From Tubiluchus corallicola (lineage: Eukaryota; Animalia; Priapulida): a stretch of 64,000 nucleotides of DNA. Under the pieces are notes generated by a model that saw only the letters and a program-made list of their open reading frames with translations, did no database searches and was not told the DNA's origin. Made by a program: the position numbers and the translations under genes. The DNA lies in NCBI GenBank assembly GCA_030141605.1, contig JAQGDQ010002374.1, positions 62,001 to 126,000 on the forward strand, given 5' to 3'. This document shows, in pieces, positions 39,601 through 49,089 of this stretch (the stretch's first letter is position 1; every line of letters begins with the position of its first letter).

Positions 39601-42600
39601 TGATCCACAAATGTCACAAAAATGATTTCTTTCATCTGAATGTACAAGCATGTGACTTCTGAGATAAGCAGCTTGCTTGAATCGTGCATGGCATGTATCG
39701 CACTCAAATGGGCGTTCATTTGTGTGTGTCTTTTTGTGAGATTGTAATCCCTCCTTAAATTTAAAAGATTTTTCACAGACATCACATTGAAATGGACGAG
39801 CAGTCGTGTGTATTCTAATGTGATTCTGGAGATAGTATGATGTTTTAAAGGCAGCTTGACATGTTGGGCATGCGTACGGTCGAACATCTGTATGCACTGC
39901 CATATGACTTTTCAAATTGCCAGCCTGTCGAAAACTAGCATGGCATGTATCGCAAGAGAAAGGTCTCTCATTTGTATGAATTCGCCTGTGAGTTTTTAAT
40001 CCAACAGCAAATTTGAATGATTTCCCACATACATCACATGAATGAGGTTTAATGTCTGTATGGATTTTCTTGTGTGAGTTTAATGATGATTGTGTTTTAA
40101 ATGCAGCTCCACAAATTTCACAAGCAAATGGTCGTGATTCAGTGTGAACAGCCATGTGAACTTTTAAATGCGCAGACTGTCGGAAACGAGATTCGCAGGA
40201 ATCACATTTATAGGGTTTCAAATCAGAATGAGTTCTGACATGCATCTTTAAATGAGCAATTTGCTTAAACTGTGCAGAGCATTGGTCACAAGAATATGGT
40301 TTCTCGTTTGAATGAGTTCGTGCATGAGCTCGCAAGTTTGATGACATTTTAAAACCTTTTCCACAAATGTGGCAAATATGAGGTCGAATGTCTGTGTGAA
40401 TTTTGCTGTGGTTATGGAGGTAACTGGCTGTTTTAAAAGTAGCTCCACATGTAGAACAACAATAGGGTCGTATTTCAGTGTGAACTAGCATATGGCTTTT
40501 GAGATAACCAGCCAACTTAAAACATGCTCCACACTGGTCACATGAAAAAGGTTTGTCAGCTGAGTGTGTTTTCTTGTGAGATTTTAGTCCTTCCGAAAAT
40601 TTAAAGGCTCTGTTGCATACGTCACATACATATGGCTTCAGGTCCGTGTGAATGCGCTTATGACTACTGAGTGAAGTTGATGTTTTAAATGCCGCACCAC
40701 AAATATGACAAGGAAATGGTCGCACATCGCTATGAACAGCCATGTGAACTTTCAAGTGGGATGACTGTTTAAAGCGTGCATCACAAGTGTCACAGCAATA
40801 AGGTTTGTGAGTACTATGTGTAAGTAGATGAGTTTTGAGGTGAGGCTGCTGCTTAAAGCGTGCATGACAATGGCGACATTCATATGGCTTTTCATCTGTG
40901 TGAGTTTTCTCGTGCGCTTTCAATCCATCTGGTGTTTTAAATGTTTTTCCACATGTACAGCTATATGGACGCAAATCTGTATGTATTCGCTTGTGGCTTT
41001 GCAAATAACTAAACGTTTTAAAAGCTGATTGGCAAATGTCACATACATGTGGCCTTTCATCTGTGTGAACGGTTTGGTGACTCTTTAAGTTTCCTGGTTG
41101 CCTAAAACTGGCACCACAAGAATCACATTTATATGGTTTCGAGTCTGCATGTATTGACAAATGAACTTTCAAGTGTCCTGTTTGTTTAAATCGCTTTGAG
41201 CAGATTTGACACTGGTATGGCTTTTCGTTAGAGTGAGTTCTCTTATGAACTGTTAGATTTGCAGCGATTCGAAAGTCTTTTCCACATTCATCACAAACGT
41301 GAGGTTTAAGATGGGTGTGTACTTTAATGTGGCTATTGAAGAATGATTCAGTTTTAAATGTAGCGAAACAAGTTTGACAAGTATAGGGTCTATTTTCGTT
41401 ATGTACCATAATGTGATTTAGCAAGTCGGTTGATTGTGCAAATTCTGCACTACAAGAATCACATTTGTATGGCTTTAAGTCAGTGTGTACTAAACCATGT
41501 TTTTTTAAAGCTGAAAGTTGCTTAAAAGATGCAGCACATATTTTGCAAGAAAAAGGTTTGTGGTCTGTGTGAGTGAACATGTGACATTTAAGATGGGCTC
41601 TTTGTCGAAAACGACTATTGCAAACCTCACACTTATATGGCTTCTCGCCTGTGTGAACTCGCAAGTGTACACTCAGATAGGTAGACTGTGCAAATTTCAC
41701 TTCACATACGGGACATTGGTACTGTTTACCTTTACTAGTGCTGGTCACGTACTGCGTCAAGTTAGTGCTTGCATTCACAACCTCTTCAAGTTCTTTTTTT
41801 ACAATGTGAATTCTTTTGTGGACAGCTAAGCCAACTTGAGATTGAAATTTTTTTCCGCAAGTGAGACAATAGTGCATATTGTTCTTAGAATGTGACCACA
41901 AATGAATTTTCATGTGGCGAACCACTTTAAAACCGTTCTTACAAACGGGACATTTGTGGGGTTTAAGCCTAGAGTGACTAGTATCATGACTATCAAAAGC
42001 AAGCTTATTGTCAAACATACCATCAGTCTTTGCGTTTTTTGATGCATGAACTTTCTGATGAGCTCTCAAATCGCTGTATAGGCGAAAATCTTTGCCGCAT
42101 ACTCCACATTTGAATTTCTTAGCCTGTGAATGCACAGCCTTGTGTGTTGTGAGGTATTCGCTTAATTTGAATCTTTTTCCGCACACATCACAAGAAAATG
42201 GTTTATCATCACTATGGCTTGCTACATGTCTGACTAGATGGTGGTGTTGTCTGAATGTTGCTTGACAAATGTGACAAATGTATGGCCTTTCGTTTGTGTG
42301 TATGCGCTTATGAACTTTCAGAGTTCCTCCATCTTTGAAGACTTTCTTGCACGTGTCACACTCATAAACTCTTTCTCTTTTCTTCCCAAATGGCACTTTT
42401 CTCTCATTACTAAGATTTTCATTACCACTGCTGTGTAGTTCTCGCATACCAATATTTTGGAAGTCAACATAGCAGCTTGAATTTGAAGTCTCGGCAACCA
42501 TTTTTGTGTATGCTTCATATGACTTGTTGGTATGTGATGTTTGGTGGATGTCAAGTGTACTCATGTCACAAAAGTCTAGACCACAAATTCCACATTTATA

Positions 42601-45489
42601 AGGTTTTAGTGCCATGTGTACTTTTTCATGTACTAGTAACTCTGACTCTTTCATGAAAAACTTTCCACAAATGTCACAACAGTGCTCCATATCTTCACAA
42701 AAATCCATGTCTGCAGACTCCTGAATAGTAATAGCCTCGGCATGTGAATCTTCTACTTTGATTTTTTGCAGGCTTACAGTTGGAGTGTCCATTATGATAA
42801 TTCCAGGACTTTGTGCAGTTACTGAATGCTTGCAAATGATATGAGTCTTCAGCTGTTCTGACGAATTACAATTGAAATCACACTTATCACACTTATATTG
42901 CTCTTTGTGGGCTTGATTATGCAGTAGCATGTGGCTTTGCAAGCTATATTCTCTGTGAAATCCACCTCCACAAACATCGCATCGGAAAGCCTTTAATGCA
43001 CCAGAATGCACATTATTCACGTGTTTATTTCTGTTAGTGGATACTTTGAACATAGCAGGGCAAGCATTACACTCATACAGCTTCTTATACTGCTTCATGT
43101 GCTGGTCCAAGAGAGCTTTAGAATTAAAACTGTTTTTGCATACCCTGCATATACTGGAATCCAAGCTACTGTTTTGTTGCTCAGGTGTTGATTTTGCCTT
43201 CTCATGAGCAGTTTGCAAATGCACATCCCTGTCTAGTCGACTGTGAAAACTAACTGAGCAGACATTACACTTAAATATCTTCAGAAGTGCTTTTCTTGGT
43301 GTAGTTGTTATATCTGCCGTTGGCTCTTTCGTCTCAGAGTGGGTTTTAATATGTTCTTTAAGAACATCCGCTGATGAACATCTTGTGCTACACAAAAAAC
43401 AGAGGTACTGGTTTTTCTTTTTTTCCTGTACAGGCTGTAATTTAGCAATATGAAGTTTCATGTGCCGCTGCAAATTCTTCAGGGCTCTGTATGAAGCAGT
43501 ACAATGTTGACATTTATACTTTTTAGGCACACCCCCATGCACATCACTCATATGTTTTTTAACTGTTGATTTAACTCCAAATCTAGCTGGGCAGAGTTTG
43601 CATGAATACATTTTTATCTTGTTATGAGTGATTTGTATGTGCCTTTTAAGGCTTGCTGTATGTTTAAATGCAGCCGGGCACATTCTACACTTTATTGATT
43701 TCTCATCTGTATTCCCAGCCTTCTTAATGCCATTCACTGGTATTTTGTCAATACTGTCAGGCTTACTAGCTTGATCAGGCTTACTGGCTTCATCAGTTCC
43801 TGCTGTTGGGGTTTTTGTCGCTATTTTATCTATTCGCTGAGACTCAAATGACTGCTGCTCATTTTCGTGAAGCCGAAGATGTAATGTTAAATTCTTCAAG
43901 GCTTGAAAAGAAGCAGTACATTTAGTACATCGATACTGTTTTGGTATTGCACTATGAACAACTCTACCATGCTTTTGCAAATTAAAAACATTGGAAAATG
44001 AAGCTGGACAAATTCCACATTTATGGGTCTTTTGCAAACTAGCAGGTGGTTGTATGTAATTAGCAGCAACACTTTGATTGTCAGTTGAGTCCTCATCATT
44101 ATGTTTCATAACCATGTGATTTGTTAATGCAGACAGTCTGTGAAAAGTTATTTCACACATATGACAACTGTATAGTTCACTCACATGTAACTTAGAGGTG
44201 CTTACTTCATTTGCATAATGTAAACATTTTCTACCTTCCTGTAAGCATGTACACAACTTCACAACGGCTGTCATTAATCCAAGATGTTCTTGTGAACTCA
44301 GAAGATTACTCAGTGATGCACCACAGTCGAGACATTCACACTGTTCATCAGTTTTGAATAAGATCGTCTTACAGGAATTTTCTATTGTGTATTTTTGACA
44401 TTCTTCAATATTTACTGGAGAATTTGTGATTTTACATTCTACTTGTAATTGTTCAACATTATCACTGTTTAGACTAATGGGAAAACCACTTATCACTTTA
44501 GCTTCATTGCGTTCGAAAACCGAACCATTAATTATGCTATCAGAAGTTTTTTCATTTAAAGGAGCAACTGAATTCTGAATACTGTCCTGATTATCAAAGT
44601 CGTCAGAATTAGAATCTGAATCTGAAGAATCAGAATCAGAATCATCTATATCACGATTCAAGTCATTATCCTGATTATTTACAGGCATACTTGTAAAATT
44701 TTCCACACTGAATTTCACATCAATACCATAATCACTGCACATCTGCTTGGTAACATCACTAGCAAGACGTTGCTCCGTAACATCTTCTATGGGCAGATCC
44801 AATTCATATTGCTTATTGATTTCTACTTTTTGTGAAGTAGTGTGTTGTTGCCTAGACAACGAATGATCTGAGTCTTGCTGGCTGAACGGCAGTAGATTTA
44901 TATCTAATGCATTGCTGCCAATAGTCACAGCAACGTCGTTATTCTCTAATGTCCCTAATGAATCAATAGCAGTTTCAATGTACCCTTCACTCTGTAGAGT
45001 GTCAAAAACATTTTCATTATTGTCTAAATGCTCTGGTGTACCATTAGTTATTTCATTATTGTTTAAACTCTCTAGTAACCCACTAGCAGAAAATGATTCT
45101 TTCATTTGATTCTGCTGCAGAGCTTGGAATTCGTCCAAAGTGACAAAATCTTTTACAGCGGTCCCGGTACCCAGCGCACACAAACCATCTCTACTATCAA
45201 CGCAGGCTGTATTCATAAGCTCAAGGCTGACATTAAACTCATTTATTCTGGATAGAGCCTGCTGCTGATACGTAGCATGAGTCACAGCTGAACGAGTCTG
45301 ACTGCCTGCTTGCTGCTGCTGTACTGAGCCCACATCTGTTACGCTGCTAGTAATATTTTTGATGCTGTTAGTATAAACCAGTTCTGAAATAGAGCTTTCG
45401 CCAGCCTGCTCTCCACACAGATCGATTTGCTCAAGTTCTAACTGTTCAATGGCAGCTTGCAGCTCTTCGTTCATTTCATAAGCATTCAT
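33679..45489 (-). CDS. Giant single-exon C2H2 zinc-finger protein (3936 aa, about 110 fingers), nested antisense in a RAD54B intron
   Basis: 11.8-kb uninterrupted ORF. Manual count gives about 110 C2H2 motifs, 77 of them back-to-back at 35272-41721. The N-terminus is acidic/low-complexity with no recognisable KRAB, SCAN, ZAD or SET domain. Splice acceptor at 45548-45550 with an in-frame stop before the ATG. Confidence 0.95.
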   Translation of the reverse strand: MNAYEMNEELQAAIEQLELEQIDLCGEQAGESSISELVYTNSIKNITSSVTDVGSVQQQQAGSQTRSAVTHATYQQQALSRINEFNVSLELMNTACVDSRDGLCALGTGTAVKDFVTLDEFQALQQNQMKESFSASGLLESLNNNEITNGTPEHLDNNENVFDTLQSEGYIETAIDSLGTLENNDVAVTIGSNALDINLLPFSQQDSDHSLSRQQHTTSQKVEINKQYELDLPIEDVTEQRLASDVTKQMCSDYGIDVKFSVENFTSMPVNNQDNDLNRDIDDSDSDSSDSDSNSDDFDNQDSIQNSVAPLNEKTSDSIINGSVFERNEAKVISGFPISLNSDNVEQLQVECKITNSPVNIEECQKYTIENSCKTILFKTDEQCECLDCGASLSNLLSSQEHLGLMTAVVKLCTCLQEGRKCLHYANEVSTSKLHVSELYSCHMCEITFHRLSALTNHMVMKHNDEDSTDNQSVAANYIQPPASLQKTHKCGICPASFSNVFNLQKHGRVVHSAIPKQYRCTKCTASFQALKNLTLHLRLHENEQQSFESQRIDKIATKTPTAGTDEASKPDQASKPDSIDKIPVNGIKKAGNTDEKSIKCRMCPAAFKHTASLKRHIQITHNKIKMYSCKLCPARFGVKSTVKKHMSDVHGGVPKKYKCQHCTASYRALKNLQRHMKLHIAKLQPVQEKKKNQYLCFLCSTRCSSADVLKEHIKTHSETKEPTADITTTPRKALLKIFKCNVCSVSFHSRLDRDVHLQTAHEKAKSTPEQQNSSLDSSICRVCKNSFNSKALLDQHMKQYKKLYECNACPAMFKVSTNRNKHVNNVHSGALKAFRCDVCGGGFHREYSLQSHMLLHNQAHKEQYKCDKCDFNCNSSEQLKTHIICKHSVTAQSPGIIIMDTPTVSLQKIKVEDSHAEAITIQESADMDFCEDMEHCCDICGKFFMKESELLVHEKVHMALKPYKCGICGLDFCDMSTLDIHQTSHTNKSYEAYTKMVAETSNSSCYVDFQNIGMRELHSSGNENLSNERKVPFGKKRERVYECDTCKKVFKDGGTLKVHKRIHTNERPYICHICQATFRQHHHLVRHVASHSDDKPFSCDVCGKRFKLSEYLTTHKAVHSQAKKFKCGVCGKDFRLYSDLRAHQKVHASKNAKTDGMFDNKLAFDSHDTSHSRLKPHKCPVCKNGFKVVRHMKIHLWSHSKNNMHYCLTCGKKFQSQVGLAVHKRIHIVKKELEEVVNASTNLTQYVTSTSKGKQYQCPVCEVKFAQSTYLSVHLRVHTGEKPYKCEVCNSRFRQRAHLKCHMFTHTDHKPFSCKICAASFKQLSALKKHGLVHTDLKPYKCDSCSAEFAQSTDLLNHIMVHNENRPYTCQTCFATFKTESFFNSHIKVHTHLKPHVCDECGKDFRIAANLTVHKRTHSNEKPYQCQICSKRFKQTGHLKVHLSIHADSKPYKCDSCGASFRQPGNLKSHQTVHTDERPHVCDICQSAFKTFSYLQSHKRIHTDLRPYSCTCGKTFKTPDGLKAHEKTHTDEKPYECRHCHARFKQQPHLKTHLLTHSTHKPYCCDTCDARFKQSSHLKVHMAVHSDVRPFPCHICGAAFKTSTSLSSHKRIHTDLKPYVCDVCNRAFKFSEGLKSHKKTHSADKPFSCDQCGACFKLAGYLKSHMLVHTEIRPYCCSTCGATFKTASYLHNHSKIHTDIRPHICHICGKGFKMSSNLRAHARTHSNEKPYSCDQCSAQFKQIAHLKMHVRTHSDLKPYKCDSCESRFRQSAHLKVHMAVHTESRPFACEICGAAFKTQSSLNSHKKIHTDIKPHSCDVCGKSFKFAVGLKTHRRIHTNERPFSCDTCHASFRQAGNLKSHMAVHTDVRPYACPTCQAAFKTSYYLQNHIRIHTTARPFQCDVCEKSFKFKEGLQSHKKTHTNERPFECDTCHARFKQAAYLRSHMLVHSDERNHFCDICGSAFKTAVYLANHRRIHTDMRPYKCDICYKDFKLPDGLKAHKKTHSDEKPYSCNICGAKFRQTAHVKAHMLTHSDAKPYKCDTCDACFKQSAHLKSHLAVHSEERKYSCDICYSAFKTSTALNSHKRIHTDIKPYICATCGNAFKTPDGLKSHQISHMDERPFECDTCHAKFKQSTNLKYHMVVHSEERNYTCDICDSAFKTMAYLTTHKRIHTELRPYICECGKDFKTPDGLKLHKRTHTGEKPYFCSLCGMRFRQSGHLKCHMQTIHSDSKPFKCDTCDACFKQSANLRSHMAVHSDIRPYPCPICEATFKTSTSLSSHKRIHSDIKPHICDVCEKAFKTSEGLKSHKHSHTDARPFECDTCHAKFKQAGNLKSHMVVHTEERPWTCDVCEASFKTQAYLHSHKRIHTDIRPYICECGKDFKTPDALKLHKRTHSDEKPYACEICHSTFKQLAHVRVHMATHSDLKPYKCDTCSASFKLAAYLKTHMIVHTEERPWICDVCQAAFKTSSYLSSHKKIHTDLRPYICDQCGKDFKLPDALKLHKRTHSNLRPFSCDVCGQKFRQTAHVKAHMLTHSDSKPFKCDTCDACFKQSGNLKSHMTVHSDVRAYCCPICGTAFKTTTSLNSHKRVHSDIKPHICSTCGKAFKTREGLKSHKYTHTDERPFACDTCSMSFKQSSNLKSHMIVHTDVRPHVCDICQAAFKTVSYLTSHKRIHTDLRPYNCEICGKDFKLPDGLKLHKRIHTNEKPFSCDTCQAAFKQSAHLKVHMTVHTDERNHICDICESAFKTASYLAIHKKTHSDVRPHICDICGKGFKFTDGLKAHKKTHTSEKPYQCEICFRRFRQGGHLKIHLLTHSDSKPFKCDTCDACFKQSGHLKVHMSVHSDERPFPCAVCGAAFKTSTSLSTHKRIHTDLRPYSCDLCDKAFKFSTGLRAHKKTHTGEKPYSCKICGARFRQIGHVKVHMTTHSDLKPYSCDTCNASFKLASYLRSHMVVHSEERKWTCDVCQASFKTNTYLNSHKKIHTDLRPHICDICSKDFKLPEALRLHKRTHTDIRPYSCELCNAKFRQTGHLKCHMQTRHSDLKPFKCDTCSACFKQPANLRTHMLVHTDERPHQCQICGAAFKTTTALNSHKQVHSDVRPFICARCGKSFKTRNGLKSHKITHTDSKPFECDTCSACFRQSAHLKVHMTVHSDYRGYPCTVCGAAFKTGTSLKSHSRIHTDIKPFICDVCNRAFKSKDGLKHHKITHSNERPFACLQCSAKFKQATYLKNHQLVHSDVKPFQCQVCSAAFKLPAYLRSHMMIHGDLKPYQCQICNKQFRHWSTLKIHTRTHTNERPYECETCHKMFSQNGHLKLHMMIHSGEKPYSCTVCNRRFRQHRHLLTHKVKHVTDRPYQCNSCQSAFKTHTSLQSHKRIHTGEKPYECTTCCTSFRQLSHLRRHQQCHRNPASRLKPFKCTSCPKAFRKATHLRAHEIVHTDSKPFKCPICDAEFRHGRSRKTHMKCHQPTLMHQCDVCLQSFSEEEELRSHSESHVQESAYTCEQCGEKFKRASLLSAHTALHEREKLSADGYIEFDRPYPCSQCSAQYESKQGLAKHMLVRHATLEDLRCNLCHNTFTSLQLLREHMRTHKEKEHMCNVCNNTYTSKHLLRIHMKIHKHTSKEHVCNVCGKVFKNASSLCHHREIHVEGRPHVCTKCNASFKTKKTLWAHSRIHTREKVFSCNKCGEKFSVKEQLLQHKQSAHSVGKTKKCSTASKNYDCEQCAASFKFLTLLKQHKEAHKTAICDKTQLVKGTASKPRKTHKCPECNKLFTHSWNLKNHLYSHRAKPVYKCNLCPSTFSREAHLVRHIACHKGKELSVSVKVQRIPHLQEQRNMSQTVNDAPIPTPEFNYLHNTNEIVLDKIPIKQEPLDYSLVEDDTSSPVHEEGSNVDDANFCIEECNIEEFYLSPYLGESNKETVGEGCSAITIKKEMSHFL

Positions 45490-47253
45490 GATTGAACAAG
45501 GGATTGTGCAGACTATTCACTTGCTTTCCTAGCATCAAATTGTTCACCTGTGAATAAAACGTTAACTTTAACTAATATAAAATTCGAGATTAAAAACATT
45601 AAATAATGATTTTTCTCGAAGAATAATGCTACAGTAAAATTAAATAGAATCATAACCCTAATTCCCAACATAAACAACATGGATTACTTATCCAACACAA
45701 GTAATTGAAGTACAAGTGTTTATTTCTGAGTCTGAAAAGTCAGAGTACCTCTCTCGAGTAAAAAAAATTCATGCTTTCTATTTTGAAATTGTTGCCATGT
45801 ATTTACACAATTTCGTTTCGTAAAATTTTTTAATGGGCATGTATAAATCGAAAAGTGACTAAAAAAGTAACTGAATTTTGCGGGAACAGACTAAAGGTAT
45901 ATTGTCGGCTTTTGATATCTCACATCTGAGGCAACAAAAAATACACGCCTAAGATGATCAAGACACCAAAGAACTGAACTGGTATGAGAGACAACCTTGC
46001 AAAACTACTTCAAAACCATAACACAATAATATAGAAAACAAAAGTAACATAACAAAATCTGTAGCATAACGGACAAAAGGACAGAATTTCCTTGGTGCAA
46101 TTCGATGCCGTGCTTAGTCGATGCTAAGAGTTTGGAAAACAAAATAAAATGTCTTCAATAAATCATATCGGAAGATAGCGCACAGCGGTGTACTAAATAG
46201 CACTTCTAATGGCTTTGTTTCTTGTTCTTAAAAATTATTCGTTTTCTCATGTTAGTTTTCATTTGACTTTTAACTTTTTGCAAAAATTGCTGTCACATGT
46301 TCTATTTTAGCAACAAATTAGTCAGTTTTGATAGCTAAGACAACTGTTTCACCAAAAAAGTCAGATAATTAAAGCTTAGTAGCAACAGACTTATAACAGT
46401 CATTCGGCTATAAATGTAGCTCTAATATTCAATGATAATGAGTTAAAAAATTGCAAAATGCTTCCCCATGTCTTTCAAATCTTTAAGTCAAAACAAATAA
46501 AACATGTTCAATAATTTATAAATCATAATATCAACAATTTATAGCTACTCTTTTATTGTCTAGAAAAACTTCAGGAAGTTATTTTTATATAATTACATGC
46601 TATTAATACAGTATAATAATACTTTTTAGTATCTCTGTGGCAAGGGTGATAGCCGAATTATAATGGCATATGCTTAGATAAGTAAAATTAAACAATACTG
46701 AAGCTGATCAATGCAGGGTCTGCAGCTTAAAACAATGCATTTAAAATTCCATTGGTTCTAATGTTTTGCTGATTAGATCTTCAGGTAAAGAAAAGCCACA
46801 GTCTGTTGATAATAAAATACTCCTGCCTTAAACATAAATATTAAGCAGTACCTTTACTTAAGGTTCATAATATAATATCTATCATCTAATGGTTTGAGTC
46901 TGGTTAATAAAATGCCTCAAAAATCAAAATTTTAAGAACTTCTGGGAGTCAGGCCTCAAGAGTCAGGTTTGGGGTCGACTTTCATCAATCAGGAACCCAC
47001 ATTGATGTGCTTTTAGGCTCAACTCCGCAACCTAGCACTGGTCAGTGAATGCGATATAGATGACCACTGGATTCTATATGAACTTTAAACTGTTTCACTT
47101 ACTACACTGATTCGGGCTGCTTATCTCCTTCAGGGAGTGTATTCATCTTCCCAACCGGGCTGAGACACTTCTGCCAATTCACTGTTTCATCTAAAGGATT
47201 ATCCTTGATAATTCCTGATTATCACAGAATCCTTTGCCAGATCCTGTCACAAC

Positions 47254-47341
47254 CGCCGGTATTAAATAAGCCAGGGCTGAGTACTGGTGTGCCACAATCA
47301 CTGGTATTAAATAAGCCAAGGCTGAGTGCTGGAGTGCCACA
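47254..47341. repeat. Two-copy ~45-bp tandem repeat
   Basis: c(c/t)ggtattaaataagcca(g/a)ggctgagt(a/g)ctgg(t/a)gtgccaca occurs twice. Confidence 0.8.
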
Positions 47342-48166
47342 CAAAAACTGTGGAAAAGGCAATACCTGGGCATCACAGCAGTTTTAGTATGCATAAAATT
47401 GTTAAGATTTATTAGATTTTAGAGGATATTTTACTTTGAAGCCTATAAACTTTGTCCTGTCAAAAATTTAAATGATGAGTTATTCCTAAAATGCTAGGAT
47501 GTTATTAATAACTTATGTATCTCACAACATTGTTGTAGTAAACATTTTGCTATTATGTAACAGATGCCTTCCATTGAAAAGAATTACTATAAATTTTGAA
47601 AATCATCAAAGGAGCTAAAAGTTGTTCATTGAGCTCTTTCCTAGCCCATCTCCTAAATAAATTTATTATTTGTTTGCCTCACGAATAATTTAATCATATA
47701 CTGACGGAGAAGAAAAATATCTACGTCTAAGGTGTGCCTGTCTGGTGAACAGGGGCTTCGCTAGGGTTAGGGTTGCTGGACGTCCCTTATATACAGGACA
47801 TGTCCCATATTTGATAATTTTGTCCCCCGTGGCGTATTTAGTTCATTTTCAAATTTCGTGATAAAAATGCATTTTTACTACCTTCTTACGGGTTCTTACT
47901 AGTAACTTTATGAATAATTGTATTTTCTTTTCTCAGATCCTTTTGATGAAAATATCCCAAATGTAATTATTAAATAATCATAATATTTCTCCATTTTCGG
48001 TATTAAATAAATATTTTCAAATGATTTTACTTTTGTTTTCCTCATAACCCATTAAAATCCCTGCTTAATGTTTTTAACTTATGTCTCTACTTTTATATAA
48101 TATATTGATCTGGGTGTTAGGCGTGTTTAAATTTATGTCTATATATATATATATACAGTTGCCCTA

Positions 48167-48288
48167 TGGTTGCCAGATTAGAAAATTAGAAATATGGGAC
48201 ACTTATAATCTCTTATATTATATATGTGTGTGTATGGAAAGAGATTATAAGAGTGTCCCATATTTCTAATTTTCTAATCTGGCAACCA
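48167..48288. mobile_element. Hairpin-like MITE (hAT-like GGTTGCCAG termini)
   Basis: About 48-bp inverted arms (tggttgccagattagaaaattagaaatatgggacac...) with a single 2-nt indel, around a ~24-bp TA/TG loop. Confidence 0.75.
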
Positions 48289-48656
48289 CAAGGTTGGTGT
48301 CATTCGGTGCAGTACTCATGGTATCAAACGTGCATTGGAGCTTATATACTGTATCCTTTAGTATGATCTTATGTGCATAGCTAGTACTTGCTGCATGGCG
48401 ATTAGGAGAAACATCATCTAGACAACATCACTTTATTTTCCATCCTACTGAGTTAAAGTGCTAAGCACACATTAGTATACTGACAATGTTTATTTTAAAT
48501 TGAAAACTTAATATTTTTAATTTTTATGATATATTTGCACATTGAAGCAGCACTTTTAATCATATGAAAATACACTTCTTAGTTGAAGTATCAAAAGAAA
48601 CTGGCATTAAAACACAAACAGTTCAGTATTTTACTAATTATAATTTATGTCAGCAA

Positions 48657-48845
48657 TCAGAACTTTCCATTCCTGGATTTCACTGCTGCAAAGTTGTCAA
48701 TTACTTCATCAAAATCAATTACTTTTGCTAAGTCAATTTTAACAGATAAAACCGAAAGATCAGATAGCTTTGACTGTTCCATTGTGGATCGCAAGCAGTT
48801 TTTGGTTTGTTTAAGCTTTGAAAAGCTTCTTTCACATGACTTCAC
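48657..48845 (-). mobile_element. hAT transposase C-terminal dimerisation-domain remnant (ZMYM1/Tip100-like)
   Basis: SCERSFSKLKQTKNCLRSTMEQSKLSDLSVLSV...IDFDEVIDNFAAVKSR. Confidence 0.85.
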
Positions 48846-49089
48846 TCTTACACTCAACTTAAAATTGTTTCTCACGATCTAAGTTTGGAGAGATTCAAAC
48901 CCCCTCCCCACCAAAAATGTACTTGCATTTATGGACTGCCGGTACATTTATTAAATTAAACTCAATGTCTCATAAACTATGTTGCTACATTCTTCCCGTA
49001 TAGCAATTTTTTGTTGTATCATAAGACGTTTCTTGTTATTGGAAAAAACGTTTCTAATTGCAGTCCTTAACTAATTTATCGCATTAGTA

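Noticed and set aside
33679-45489. PRDM9-like recombination specifier (tempting given the RAD54B host)
   Set aside because: No PR/SET, KRAB or SSXRD domain, and the fingers are not a homogenised 84-bp minisatellite.
47761-47775. Interstitial telomeric repeat (also 50386-50405)
   Set aside because: Only 2-3 imperfect TTAGGG/CCCTAA units, consistent with DNA-transposon ends or chance.
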